A DNA stretch of 64,000 nt from contig CALRMW020000005.1 in the NCBI GenBank assembly GCA_943369315.1, forward strand, positions 123,956-187,955. The letters run 5' to 3'. Shown piece after piece: positions 21,406-30,851 of the stretch. The stretch is from Synechococcus sp. UW140 (lineage in GTDB: Bacteria; Cyanobacteriota; Cyanobacteriia; PCC-6307; Cyanobiaceae). The translations under genes and the position numbers were made by a program. The notes under the pieces are model-generated. The model searched no databases, was not told the origin of the DNA, and saw only the letters and a list, made by a program, of their open reading frames with translations. The stretch's first letter is position 1, and the number at the start of each line of letters is the position of its first letter.

Positions 21406-22394
21406 ATCGGGGCCTCCAGGGCCATGCAGAGGTTGGGCTGCTCGACGCACTGCTCGATCAGGTCGGCCAACTGCAGGGCCCGGGAGGCCTGGAGGCCATC
21501 CACGGCCGGGGTTTCCCGGCCGCGCACGCACTGGAGGAAGTGCTCGAGCTCGGCGTAGAGGGGTTCGATCGAGGTGGTGCTCACCTCCTCGATGAAACCG
21601 TCGTTGCGGTAGAGCAGCTCACCGTGGTCGGCGCTGACCGATTCGTGGGAGCGCCGGTGGATGCGCAGATTGCGGTTGAGGAAATCCGTCTCCATCAGGC
21701 TGCTGCGGCAGTGGGCGCTGAGGCTGCGGATCTTGCGGTGGGCCATCTTGCTGGCCGTGAGGCTGGCCACCACGCCGTTGGCGAAGCCCAGGGTGGCGTT
21801 GACGTAGTCGATCGGGCCATCGGAGCTGCGGCCGCCGGCCGCCGCCAGCCGCACCACCGGGGAGGCGGCCAGTTCGAGCACCAGATCGATGTCGTGGATC
21901 ATCAGATCGAGCACCACCGACACATCGTTGGCCCGGTCGGCGTTGGGGCTGTGGCGCCGTGCCTCGAGCACCACCACCTCCTCGTTGGCCACCACCCGCA
22001 GCAGCTCCCGGAAGGCGGGGTTGAACCGCTCGATGTGGCCCACCTGCAGCAGGCGTCCGGCCGCCTCGGCCGCACCGATCAGGTCGGCCGCCTCCTCCTG
22101 GGTGGCCGCGATCGGCTTCTCGATCAGCACGTGCACCCCCGCCTGCAGGCAGGCCATGCCGACCCGGTGGTGCAGCAGGGTGGGGACGGCGATGCAGACG
22201 GCCTCCACCTCGCCGAGCAGGTCCTCGTAGGCGGGGAACCAGCGGCAGTCGAACTGCTCCACCGCCAGCCGGCCGCGGGCCTCGTCAGGGTCGGCGACCC
22301 CCACCAGTTCGGCGTCGCGGAGCAGGCTCAGCACCCGGGCGTGGTGCCAGCCCATGTTGCCGATGCCGATGACACCCACGCGCACTGGGTTCAT
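21402..22394 (-). CDS. Gfo/Idh/MocA oxidoreductase (WbpB/GnnA-like)
   Basis: GVIGIGNMG, HVLIEKP, QVGHIERFNPA, DLMIHDID. Confidence 0.88.
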   Translation of the reverse strand: MNPVRVGVIGIGNMGWHHARVLSLLRDAELVGVADPDEARGRLAVEQFDCRWFPAYEDLLGEVEAVCIAVPTLLHHRVGMACLQAGVHVLIEKPIAATQEEAADLIGAAEAAGRLLQVGHIERFNPAFRELLRVVANEEVVVLEARRHSPNADRANDVSVVLDLMIHDIDLVLELAASPVVRLAAAGGRSSDGPIDYVNATLGFANGVVASLTASKMAHRKIRSLSAHCRSSLMETDFLNRNLRIHRRSHESVSADHGELLYRNDGFIEEVSTTSIEPLYAELEHFLQCVRGRETPAVDGLQASRALQLADLIEQCVEQPNLCMALEAPI

Positions 22395-22429
22395 GGCAGG
22401 GGCGGAGCAGGTGGGCGCATTATCGATGA

Positions 22430-23704
22430 TCAGGTTCCGTCCGTGCTGGCGAGGGTGATCTGAACCCGCTCGATGCGGGGGCCGTCCATGGTGAGAACGT
22501 CGATGCGGACGCCCTGCCAGCGGAGCCCTTCCCCGGGGGAGGGGATGTGCTGCAGGCGTTCCAGCACGAAGCCGGCCAGGGTGTGGTGGCCGTCCGCCTC
22601 AGGCAGCTGCAGGCCCAGCTGGCGGTTGAGCTCGACGATCTCCAGGTCCCCCGCCGCCGACCAGGTGCCGTCGACGAGGGGCAGCAGGTCCTGGGCCGTT
22701 TCCAGGGGGTTCTCGTCCTCGCCGACGATCTCGCCGGTGAGGTCGGCCACGGTGACCAGCCCCTCGGTGCCGCCGTGTTCATCCACCACCACCAGCAGGG
22801 GCTGGCCGCTGCGGATCAGCGGCAGAAGATCGGCGAGGGAGGCGCTTTCCTGCACCTGGGCCACCGGCAGGATCCAGGGCGCCAGGGCCGTGTCGGGGTG
22901 CAGCTGGCCCCGGGCGATCGGCTCGGCCAGCCGCCGCAGGTCGAGCATGCCGCGCACGTCGTCGAGGGAGCTGCCGATCACCGGGAAGCGGGCGTGCTGG
23001 CTGGCGTGCACCGCTTCCATCATCTGGGCGAAGGTGACATCCAGCGGCAGGGTGACCATGCCGGAGCGCGGCATCATCACCTCGCGCACCAGCGTGTCCC
23101 GCAGGGAGAACACCCCCTCGAGGATGCTGCGCTCGTCGGGCATCAGGCCGGTGACACTGCCGCTCTCGATCAGCGTCTCCAGCTCGCCGGCCGACAGCAC
23201 CGGCACCAGCTCATCCCAGTTGCGCGGCAGCCCCAGCAGCCGCAGCAGGCCGCCGCTGAAGCGCTCGATCAGCAGCAGCACCGGCGCCAGGGTGCGGGTG
23301 AGCGACTCCAGCAGCGGCGCCAGCCGCAGGGCCGAGCCCTCGGGCCGGTGCAGCACCCAGGCCTTGGGCACCAGGCCGCCCAGGAGGGTGGCCAACAGGG
23401 CCAGCACCAGGAAGACCCCGGCATCGATCCAGGCCTGCTCGCCCCGGCCCATCCAGCCGGCCACCTGCTCCGCCAGGCCCCGGGCCAGCCAGCCCATGGC
23501 CAGCAGTGCCAGCACCAGGCCCAGCTGGGTGGCCACCAGGACGCTGCGCATCCGGTGCTGGAGCCGGGCCACGGAACGGGCGCCGGGCTCCTCCGCCTCC
23601 TCGAGCTGCTGGACACGGCTGGGCCGCAGACGGATCAACGCAAGCTCCCCGGCAGCGAAGAAGGCCAGCAGGGCCAACAGGATCGCCAGAACCAGGAAGC
23701 GCAT
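22430..23704 (-). CDS. HlyC/CorC (CNNM) family CBS-domain transporter
   Basis: N-terminal DUF21 TM region, VREVMMPR, RFPV, VVVDEHGGTEGLVT and a CorC C-terminal domain. Confidence 0.9.
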   Translation of the reverse strand: MRFLVLAILLALLAFFAAGELALIRLRPSRVQQLEEAEEPGARSVARLQHRMRSVLVATQLGLVLALLAMGWLARGLAEQVAGWMGRGEQAWIDAGVFLVLALLATLLGGLVPKAWVLHRPEGSALRLAPLLESLTRTLAPVLLLIERFSGGLLRLLGLPRNWDELVPVLSAGELETLIESGSVTGLMPDERSILEGVFSLRDTLVREVMMPRSGMVTLPLDVTFAQMMEAVHASQHARFPVIGSSLDDVRGMLDLRRLAEPIARGQLHPDTALAPWILPVAQVQESASLADLLPLIRSGQPLLVVVDEHGGTEGLVTVADLTGEIVGEDENPLETAQDLLPLVDGTWSAAGDLEIVELNRQLGLQLPEADGHHTLAGFVLERLQHIPSPGEGLRWQGVRIDVLTMDGPRIERVQITLASTDGT

Positions 23705-23746
23705 CGGTGGGGTGTCGTGGCTGAAGGTTAGGCCCCGCGGCCCGGC

Positions 23747-23974
23747 TCAGCCTTCGCCGCCCTCGCCGCCCTCGCCACCGTCACCGTCGCCGTCCTTGTC
23801 GCCGTCCTTGTCGGCCCCGTCCGGTGCCCCAGGGGCCGGCCGTTCCGGGGCCGGAGCGCTGACGCCGTTCTCGCCGCCCTCCTGGTCCTTCGACTCGGGG
23901 GCCTGGGCGCAGCCCATGGTGGCCGTGATCAGTCCGGTGGTGACCAGGAACAGGGCGATGCTGGAACGGGCCAT
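23747..23974 (-). CDS. 75-aa exported peptide or lipoprotein with an acidic Gly-rich tail ending GEGGEGGEG
   Basis: MARSSIALFLVTTGLITATMGC signal-like start; tail DGADKDGDKDGDGDGGEGGEGGEG encoded by 9- and 12-bp repeats. Confidence 0.7.
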   Translation of the reverse strand: MARSSIALFLVTTGLITATMGCAQAPESKDQEGGENGVSAPAPERPAPGAPDGADKDGDKDGDGDGGEGGEGGEG

Positions 23975-24028
23975 GGCATGCACCGTGGTGGGTGGGGGGA
24001 GAATTGTGGCGCAGCGGACAGCCGGAGA

Positions 24029-24694
24029 ATGCAGTTCCGTCTCGAACCCCTGCTGAGCACCGGTCAGGTCGACGAGCTGCGGCAGGCCCTGCTGGCGGAG
24101 GACGTCCCCTGGCGGGACGGGGCCGAAACGGCCGGATGGCACGCCCGGGCCGTGAAGCGCAACCGCCAGCTGGATCCGGCGTCCTCCCTGCACCAGACCC
24201 TCGCCTCCGCCGTCAGCGACCACCTGCTCCAGCATCCGCTGCTGCAGGCAGCGGCCCTGCCGGTGCGTCTGCACAGTCTGCGTTTCAGCCGCTGCGGCGT
24301 CGGCGAGGGCTACGGCCGTCATGTCGACAACGCCTTCATGGCCGGCGGCCGCTCCGACCTCTCCTTCACCCTGTTCCTGAGCGAACCCGACCAGTACGCG
24401 GGCGGCGCGCTGGTGCTGGAGGATCCGGGGGGCGAGAGCGCCGTGCGCCTGCCCGCCGGCCATGCCCTGGTGTATCCCAGCTCCCTGCTGCATCGGGTGG
24501 AGCCTGTGACCCGGGGCGAACGGCTGGTGGCCCTGGGTTGGATCCAGAGCCGGGTGCGCCGCAGCGACCGGCGTGAACTGCTGTTCGAGCTCGACACCGC
24601 CCGTCGCGCCCTCTTCCAGGAACAGGGCAAGGACGAGATCTTCGATCTGCTCAGCCGCAGCTACACCAACCTGCTGCGGATGTGGGGCGAGTGA
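24029..24694 (+). CDS. piuC: PKHD-type Fe(II)/2-oxoglutarate hydroxylase (PiuC/YbiX)
   Basis: DGAETAGWHARAVKRNRQ, YGRHVDN, RSDLSFTLFL, LLHRVEPVTRGER, DRRELLFELD. Confidence 0.92.
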   Translation: MQFRLEPLLSTGQVDELRQALLAEDVPWRDGAETAGWHARAVKRNRQLDPASSLHQTLASAVSDHLLQHPLLQAAALPVRLHSLRFSRCGVGEGYGRHVDNAFMAGGRSDLSFTLFLSEPDQYAGGALVLEDPGGESAVRLPAGHALVYPSSLLHRVEPVTRGERLVALGWIQSRVRRSDRRELLFELDTARRALFQEQGKDEIFDLLSRSYTNLLRMWGE

Positions 24695-24700
24695 GGGGGA

Positions 24701-24773
24701 TGGGGGTCGCGAGGATCGAACTCGCCTAAGGCGAATTATGAGTTCGCTGCATTCACCAGATTGCTAGACCCCC
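24701..24773 (-). tRNA. tRNA with CAT anticodon (probably Ile2/lysidine type; Met possible)
   Basis: GGGGGTCTAGCAATCTGGTGAATGCAGCGAACTCATAATTCGCCTTAGGCGAGTTCGATCCTCGCGACCCCCA: GGGGGTC/GACCCCC acceptor stem, GCGAA-CTCATAA-TTCGC anticodon arm, GCGAG-TTCGATC-CTCGC T arm. Confidence 0.93.
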
Positions 24774-24803
24774 GGCGGACGGGCCATCGCCTGGACGACG
24801 GCG

Positions 24804-25361
24804 TCACCAGAGGCCCCGGATCGGCGGGGTCCAGGTGGTGGCGGCCGGCGGCCGGACGTAGGTGGGGGTGGCGGCCCCCGCCCCGAGGCTGGTGCTGAAG
24901 CCGTTGGTGATGTCGGCGGTGCGCTGGGGCATCAGACCGCTCTGATCCGTCAGCATCACCGAGGCGGTGTTCTCGATGGCCGTGCCGTCCCAGACGATGT
25001 TCTGGTCGGGGAAACCGAAGGCGACGATCCTGCCGCCATCGCGGCCGGGGATCGAGAGACCGAGGGAATCGGTGATCTGGTGCAGCAGGTTGACCCCCTG
25101 GGCGAAGGGGGCCGAGAAGCTGTAGAAGCGCTGCTCCATCACCTCGGGGGCGGAGCGCGTCACGCCGCAGCGGGTGACCTCCACCGGCCCCGTGCCGGCC
25201 GAGCCGGGGACGGGGGCTTCGAGGGTGGTGGTGCAGAGGACCGGCCCGGCCAGGGCGGGGGCCAGGACGGCGAAGGGGAGCAGGGCCGTGACGCCGATGG
25301 CGAGCCGGGCCGACAGGCGGGCGGCGAAGGGGGCAGGCGCTGCCAGGATCGGTGCTGTCAT
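24804..25361 (-). CDS. Conserved picocyanobacterial secreted hypothetical protein
   Basis: Signal-like N-terminus ending ALA-G, two Cys, then FYSFSAPFAQG and FGFPDQNIVWDG. Confidence 0.72.
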   Translation of the reverse strand: MTAPILAAPAPFAARLSARLAIGVTALLPFAVLAPALAGPVLCTTTLEAPVPGSAGTGPVEVTRCGVTRSAPEVMEQRFYSFSAPFAQGVNLLHQITDSLGLSIPGRDGGRIVAFGFPDQNIVWDGTAIENTASVMLTDQSGLMPQRTADITNGFSTSLGAGAATPTYVRPPAATTWTPPIRGLW

Positions 25362-25477
25362 GGGGTCGACGGGCCCAGCTCCGGGGCGATATAGGCGCAG
25401 GTTAGCGACCTCTGACGCTCTCGCCCATCCATGGCCTGCCGCACCGGCCGCTTCCGCAACGCGCTCCCCCAACGTCG

Positions 25478-26071
25478 ATGGTCTCCCTGCCCTCCAGCCC
25501 CAGCCAACAGCGTTCCACCCTGCTCGCCCTGCTGGCGGAGCGGGCCTACCGGCTGGGTGACTTCACCCTGGCCTCGGGCCGCCGCAGCCCCCACTACGTC
25601 AACTGCAAGCCGGTGAGCCTGAGCGGCATCGGCCTGGCCCTGCTGGGCCGCCTGATGCTGGAGCAGGTGGAGGGCGAAGCCGCCGCGGTGGCGGGGCTCA
25701 CCCTGGGGGCCGATCCCCTGGTGAGCGCCGTGGCCCTGCAGGCCGCCCTGGCCGGCCGCGACCTCGATGCGCTGATCGTGCGCAAGGAGGCCAAGGGCCA
25801 TGGCACCGGCGCCTGGCTCGAAGGCCCCCTGCCGCCAGCCGGGAGCCGGATCACGGTCCTGGAGGACGTGGTCACCACCGGCGGCTCGGCCCTCAAGGCC
25901 GTGGCCCAGCTGCAGGAGGCGGGCTACGCCGTGGAGCGGGTCGTGGCGATCGTCGATCGCCAGGAGGGGGGTGCCGAGGCGATGGAGGAAGCGGGCCTCG
26001 ACCTGCGCAGCCTGTTCCTGCTTGAGGAGGTGGCCGCCACGGCCGCCGGGCTGGACGGCGCGGCAGGCTGA
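25478..26071 (+). CDS. pyrE: Orotate phosphoribosyltransferase
   Basis: [44 protein letters not shown]. Confidence 0.96.
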   Translation: MVSLPSSPSQQRSTLLALLAERAYRLGDFTLASGRRSPHYVNCKPVSLSGIGLALLGRLMLEQVEGEAAAVAGLTLGADPLVSAVALQAALAGRDLDALIVRKEAKGHGTGAWLEGPLPPAGSRITVLEDVVTTGGSALKAVAQLQEAGYAVERVVAIVDRQEGGAEAMEEAGLDLRSLFLLEEVAATAAGLDGAAG

Positions 26072-26108
26072 CCCCCGCGACAGGCTGAACTCCGCGACGC
26101 GCTCCACC

Positions 26109-27104
26109 ATGGCCCCCTCCCCCGACCCGACGCCGGCTGCGGCCGATCCCTGGCGCTGGACGCCACCGGATGGGAGCCGCTGGTCGCGGCCGGTGGGCCT
26201 GCTGCGGCTCGACGGCCCGGACACCCTGCGGGTGCTGCACGGGCAGACCAGCCAGGCCCTCGAAGGGTCCCGCCCGGGCCAGTGGCTCGGGACCTGCTGC
26301 ATCAGCCCCACGGCCCGGCTGCGGGCGGTGGCGGAGGTGCTGGTGGATGACGCCGGGGCCTGGCTGGTGATCGTCGACGGGGATCCCGCGGCCGTGCGCA
26401 CCGCCCTGGACCGGGTTCTGTTCCCCGCCGACAAGGTGCGGCTGGGTCCGGTGACAGCGGCCGTCCTGCACCAGCCCCTGGGGACACCGGAGCCGGAGGC
26501 CCTGCCCGCGGGCACCTGGGCCCCGCTCGAGGGATCGCCGGGCTGGCGGCTGGGGGAGGCCCTGCTGCTGCCGGCCGACGCCCCCTTGCCCCCCGCACTG
26601 GCGGCACGGTGCCCCCTGGAGCCGCAGGAGGCGGAACGCTGGCGGCTCCAGCAAGGTCTGCCGGCGGCGCCGGGGGAGATCAATGAGGAGATCAACCCCT
26701 TCGAGCTGGGGCTGGCGGGGCGGGTGAGCCTGGGCAAGGGCTGCTACGTGGGCCAGGAGACCCTGGCCAAGCTGGCCACCTACGACGGGGTGAAGCAGCA
26801 GCTGCGCCGCTGGTGGGCCACGGCTGTCCCCGACGAGGCTACCTCCGACGAAGCTGTTCCCGCCGGGGCCGTGGCTGCCGGCACGCCGCTGCAGGACAGC
26901 CAAGGGGGACGCGCCGGGGTGATCACCTCCAGCCTGGAACTGCCCGGTGACGGGGGCTGGATCGGCCTGGCCCTGGTGCGCAAGGCCTGGCTGCAGGAGA
27001 GCGAGCTGCGGGCCGGCCCGGCCCCGGGCGTGCCCCTGAGCCTTTCGCTACCGGAGGCGTTTCAGCCGCCGCCGGTGGGGCCGGGGGGCAAGGCCGCGTC
27101 CTGA
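26109..27104 (+). CDS. ygfZ: Folate-binding YgfZ/GcvT-like protein
   Basis: KGCYVGQE signature; LHGQTSQ. Confidence 0.92.
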   Translation: MAPSPDPTPAAADPWRWTPPDGSRWSRPVGLLRLDGPDTLRVLHGQTSQALEGSRPGQWLGTCCISPTARLRAVAEVLVDDAGAWLVIVDGDPAAVRTALDRVLFPADKVRLGPVTAAVLHQPLGTPEPEALPAGTWAPLEGSPGWRLGEALLLPADAPLPPALAARCPLEPQEAERWRLQQGLPAAPGEINEEINPFELGLAGRVSLGKGCYVGQETLAKLATYDGVKQQLRRWWATAVPDEATSDEAVPAGAVAAGTPLQDSQGGRAGVITSSLELPGDGGWIGLALVRKAWLQESELRAGPAPGVPLSLSLPEAFQPPPVGPGGKAAS

Positions 27105-28606
27105 TCCAGCAGCCAGCGGACCACCGCCCAGGTGGCCAGGCTGTCGTCCTGGTTGTAGCGGAAGATCCGCTGCAGCTTGCGGCCCAGGGCCCGCCGGCTG
27201 GGACGCCGCGGGCCGCCGGAGCCCTCCCGCCACTGGCGCCACCAGAGCAGGCAGCGGGCGCCGTCGACCCCCTTCTGGCTCCAGGTGAAGCCCCGCCAGC
27301 CGGCGACGGCCTTGAGCCCGTAGCTGTTGACCGGCAACAGCCAGTGGCGCCGCAGCCGCTGATGCACGTCCACCAGCCGGGCCCGCAGCCGTTCCCGCTC
27401 CCGCTCACTGGCCCCCTGGCGCTCGGCCAGCCGCAGCAGGGCGACCGACTCGGTCTCGCCGTAGTGCAGCACGGGCCAGTCGGGGTAACGGGCCAGCAGC
27501 GTGCTCAGCCGCCGCCAGAGCAGGGCCTCGCCGTGCTCCTGCAGGGCGAGCAGGGGCTGGTAGCTCCCCAGGTCCTCCCCTGGCCCGGGTGCCCCGGGCC
27601 AGAGGCCGTCCGCGCCGCGCTCCAGCCGCACCAGGCCATGGAGGAAGTCGTCGCGGGCATCGGGGTCGGATTCGATGTCGTAGAGCAGCACCCCGGGCGC
27701 CGCCGAGAGCTCCGGCAGGGCGGGGCCGGCCCCCTCACCACTGCGCCGGGGGGTGCCCTGCTGCTGCACCCTGGCCTGGGCCACCAGCTTGGGGGCCACC
27801 TCGCGGTGCTGCTCGCTGTGGACGGCCAGGTCCTCGGCCAGCCGATCCGGATCGGCCGCCGCCAGCTGGTCGAGGCTGGTGATGCCCAGCTCCAGCAGCA
27901 GCTCGCGGCGCTTGCCGCCGATGCCGCTCACCTCGCTCAGGTGCCCCTCGGCGGCCGCGACCCGATCGCAGGCCCCGCGCCAGCTGCAGAGGGTGCATTT
28001 CTTGCGGTCGCTGACCAGCGGCGGCGGCTCGCTGCGGGCCAGCTCAAGGGCCAGCCTCTCCAGACTCTCGTCGAGCTGACGCTGCAGGGAAGGGCCGAGG
28101 GCGAGCCGTTCCCGCTCCAGCCCGCGGTCGGCACCGGCCACCACCAGCCCATGGGGCACGGGGGCCCGCTGGTGCTCCTCCAGCAACCGCCCCCACAGGG
28201 CCAGCTGCAGGCGGTGCTCCCGGGTGAGGCGGCGGCCCTGGCGGGCCAGCACCGGCCGGTAGCTGTGGGCGCCCCAGCGGCTGGGCCCCTCGACCCGCTC
28301 GAGCAGGCTCGGATGGGCCTCCAGGCGCAGGCCCCGGGGGCCGGTTCCCACCAGCCGCAGGCCCACCACACCGGGCGCCCCGTCGCGGCAGGCGGCCTCC
28401 CCGTGGCCGGGGCGCTGGGGCAGCAGGCTCTGGAAGCTGCGCAGCTGGTCATCGAGGGCCAGGGCGCGGTGGGCACTCCACAGCCGCTCCTGGGGAACAC
28501 CGTGGAGATCGAGCCAGGCCCGCCGCCGGCAGCGCACCCAGCTGCGCAGCAGGCGGTCGGTGAGGACGGGGGATCCGGGGGAGGCGGCGTCCGGGGTCTG
28601 GGGCAT
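27062..28606 (-). CDS. TM0106-family RecB-like putative nuclease
   Basis: CRRRAWLD, CTLCSWRGAC, HhH-like VSGIG, YDIESDP and YNQDD (RNase H-like C-terminus). Confidence 0.88.
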   Translation of the reverse strand: MPQTPDAASPGSPVLTDRLLRSWVRCRRRAWLDLHGVPQERLWSAHRALALDDQLRSFQSLLPQRPGHGEAACRDGAPGVVGLRLVGTGPRGLRLEAHPSLLERVEGPSRWGAHSYRPVLARQGRRLTREHRLQLALWGRLLEEHQRAPVPHGLVVAGADRGLERERLALGPSLQRQLDESLERLALELARSEPPPLVSDRKKCTLCSWRGACDRVAAAEGHLSEVSGIGGKRRELLLELGITSLDQLAAADPDRLAEDLAVHSEQHREVAPKLVAQARVQQQGTPRRSGEGAGPALPELSAAPGVLLYDIESDPDARDDFLHGLVRLERGADGLWPGAPGPGEDLGSYQPLLALQEHGEALLWRRLSTLLARYPDWPVLHYGETESVALLRLAERQGASERERERLRARLVDVHQRLRRHWLLPVNSYGLKAVAGWRGFTWSQKGVDGARCLLWWRQWREGSGGPRRPSRRALGRKLQRIFRYNQDDSLATWAVVRWLLDQDAALPPGPTGGG

Positions 28607-28719
28607 GGGCTGCAGGCTAGGGGGGCCGGTGGCCTGCCATCAGGCCGGCACCCGCCGCAGCCATCCGGAGGGGCCGGCCTGCTACGACCGGCCTGCCCTC
28701 CCTCGCCTCCGCGCCGCCC

Positions 28720-30189
28720 ATGGCCTCCGCCCCCCTGCCCCTTGAGGCCGGACCGATCCACTTCGGCACCGATGGCTGGCGGGGCATCCTCGGGGTGGAC
28801 ATCACCATGGAGCGCCTGCTGCCGGTGGCGGCGGCCGCCGCCCGGGAACTGGCCGCCAGCGCCCCGGAGGGCCTCGCCAGCCGGGAGGTGGTGATCGGCT
28901 ACGACCGGCGCTTCCTGGCCCCGGAGCTGGCCGAGGCCATCGCCGCCGCCGTGCGGGGGGCCGATCTGGTGCCCCTCCTGTCCGCCACCCCCGTGCCCAC
29001 CCCTGCCTGCAGCTGGGCGGTGGTGGAGCGGGGTGCCCTCGGCGCCCTGGTGATCACCGCCAGCCACAACCCGCCGGAATGGCTGGGCCTCAAGATCAAG
29101 GGACCCTTCGGCGGCTCGGTGGAGGGCGACTTCACCGCCCGGGTGGAGCGGCGCCTGGCGGCCGGGGGCCTGACGGTGCCGGTTCCGGGCGACACCGAAC
29201 GTTTCGATGCCATGGGCACCTACCTGGCGGGCCTCGGCGCCAAGGTCGACGCCGCGGCCCTGGTGGAGGGCCTGGCCGCCGCCGGCCTGCAGGTGATCGT
29301 CGACCCGATGCACGGCTCGGCCGCCGGCGGGCTGCCGGCCCTGCTGGGGGAGGCGGGGGCCGCCGCCGGCGTGATCCGGGAGATCCGGGGGGAGCGGGAT
29401 CCCCTGTTCGGCGGCCACCCGCCCGAGCCGCTGGCGCCCTACCTGGAGCGGCTGATCGCCGAGGTGCGCCAGGCCACGGCCGCCGGCCGGCCGGCGGTGG
29501 GCATCGTCTTCGACGGCGACGGTGACCGCATCGCCGCGGTGGACGAGCAGGGCCGCTTCTGCAGCACTCAGCTGCTGATGCCCCTGCTGATCGACCACCT
29601 GGCCCGGGCCCGCGGGCTGGGGGGGCGCGTCGTCAAGACCGTGAGCGGCTCGGATCTGATGGCCCTGGTGGCGGCCGACCTGGGCCGGAAGGTGATCGAG
29701 ATGCCGGTCGGGTTCAAGTACATCGCCGCCGAGATGCTCAGCGGCGAGGTGCTGGTGGGGGGCGAGGAATCGGGCGGGGTGGGCTTCGGCCTCCACCTGC
29801 CGGAGCGGGATGCCCTGTTCGCGGCCCTGCTGCTGATCGAGGCGCTGGTGGAGGGGGGCCTGCCCCTCGGGGCCCGGCTGGCGGCCTTGCAGGAGCGCTG
29901 CGGTGGCGCCAGCGTCTACGACCGCCTCGACCTGCGTCTGCCGGATATGGCCAGCCGCCGGCGGCTGGAGGCCCTGCTGGCCCAGGATCCGCCGCAGGAG
30001 GTGGCCGGAGCGACGGTGCTGGAGGTGAACCGCACCGATGGCGTCAAGCTGCGGATGGGCCCCAGCCACTGGCTGATGCTGCGCTTCTCCGGAACCGAGC
30101 CCCTGCTGCGCCTCTACTGCGAAGCCCCGGACGCCGACCGGGTGCAGGCGGTGCTGGCCTGGGCCCGCCAGCTGGCGGAGAGCATCTGA
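28720..30189 (+). CDS. Phosphoglucomutase/phosphomannomutase
   Basis: FGTDGWRG, ITASHNP (phospho-Ser), FDGDGDR, GGEESGG, RFSGTEP. Confidence 0.95.
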   Translation: MASAPLPLEAGPIHFGTDGWRGILGVDITMERLLPVAAAAARELAASAPEGLASREVVIGYDRRFLAPELAEAIAAAVRGADLVPLLSATPVPTPACSWAVVERGALGALVITASHNPPEWLGLKIKGPFGGSVEGDFTARVERRLAAGGLTVPVPGDTERFDAMGTYLAGLGAKVDAAALVEGLAAAGLQVIVDPMHGSAAGGLPALLGEAGAAAGVIREIRGERDPLFGGHPPEPLAPYLERLIAEVRQATAAGRPAVGIVFDGDGDRIAAVDEQGRFCSTQLLMPLLIDHLARARGLGGRVVKTVSGSDLMALVAADLGRKVIEMPVGFKYIAAEMLSGEVLVGGEESGGVGFGLHLPERDALFAALLLIEALVEGGLPLGARLAALQERCGGASVYDRLDLRLPDMASRRRLEALLAQDPPQEVAGATVLEVNRTDGVKLRMGPSHWLMLRFSGTEPLLRLYCEAPDADRVQAVLAWARQLAESI

Positions 30190-30851
30190 TGGCAGCCCCT
30201 TCGGAGCCCGGGGTGGCGCCCACGGTGCTGGTGATCGCCAGTGGCAACGCCGGCAAGATCCGGGAGTTCTCCCACCTGCTGGCCTCCCTGCCCCTGGAGG
30301 TGCGGCCCCAGCCCGAGGGCCTGGAGGTGGAGGAAACGGGCAGCACTTTCGCCGCCAATGCCCGGCTGAAGGCCGAGGCGGTGGCCCGGGCGACGGGCCA
30401 CTGGGCCCTGGCCGACGACTCGGGCCTGGCGGTGGCGGCCCTGGGCGGCGCCCCCGGGGTCCATTCGGCCCGCTACGCCGACAGCGACCCCGCCAGGATC
30501 GCCCGCCTGCTGCAGGAGCTGGGCGAGGCCGACCGGAGGCGGCGCGCTCAGGGCCTTGCGCCGGACCGCCGGGCGGCCTTCGTGGCCGCCCTGGCGGTGG
30601 CCGATCCCAGCGGAGCGATCCGGCTGGAGGTGGAGGGCCGCTGCGACGGGGAGATCCTGGAGGCCCCGCGGGGCAGCGGCGGCTTCGGCTACGACCCTGT
30701 GTTCTTCGTGCCGGAGACGCGCCTGAGCTACGCGGAGATGGACAAGGGCCTCAAGGGCCAACTGGGCCACCGGGGCCGGGCCTTCAGCCGGCTGGAGCCG
30801 GGCCTGCGCGAGCTGCTGGGCGGACCCGGAGCGACACCGACGGCTCCCTAG
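30189..30851 (+). CDS. rdgB: Non-canonical purine NTP pyrophosphatase (RdgB/HAM1)
   Basis: ASGNAGK, EETGSTF, ADDSGL, PGVHSARY, GFGYDPVF, HRGRA. Confidence 0.95.
   Translation: MAAPSEPGVAPTVLVIASGNAGKIREFSHLLASLPLEVRPQPEGLEVEETGSTFAANARLKAEAVARATGHWALADDSGLAVAALGGAPGVHSARYADSDPARIARLLQELGEADRRRRAQGLAPDRRAAFVAALAVADPSGAIRLEVEGRCDGEILEAPRGSGGFGYDPVFFVPETRLSYAEMDKGLKGQLGHRGRAFSRLEPGLRELLGGPGATPTAP

Noticed and set aside
27062-28606. Cas4-like nuclease as evidence of CRISPR
   Set aside because: No repeat-spacer array or other cas genes were seen anywhere in the window.
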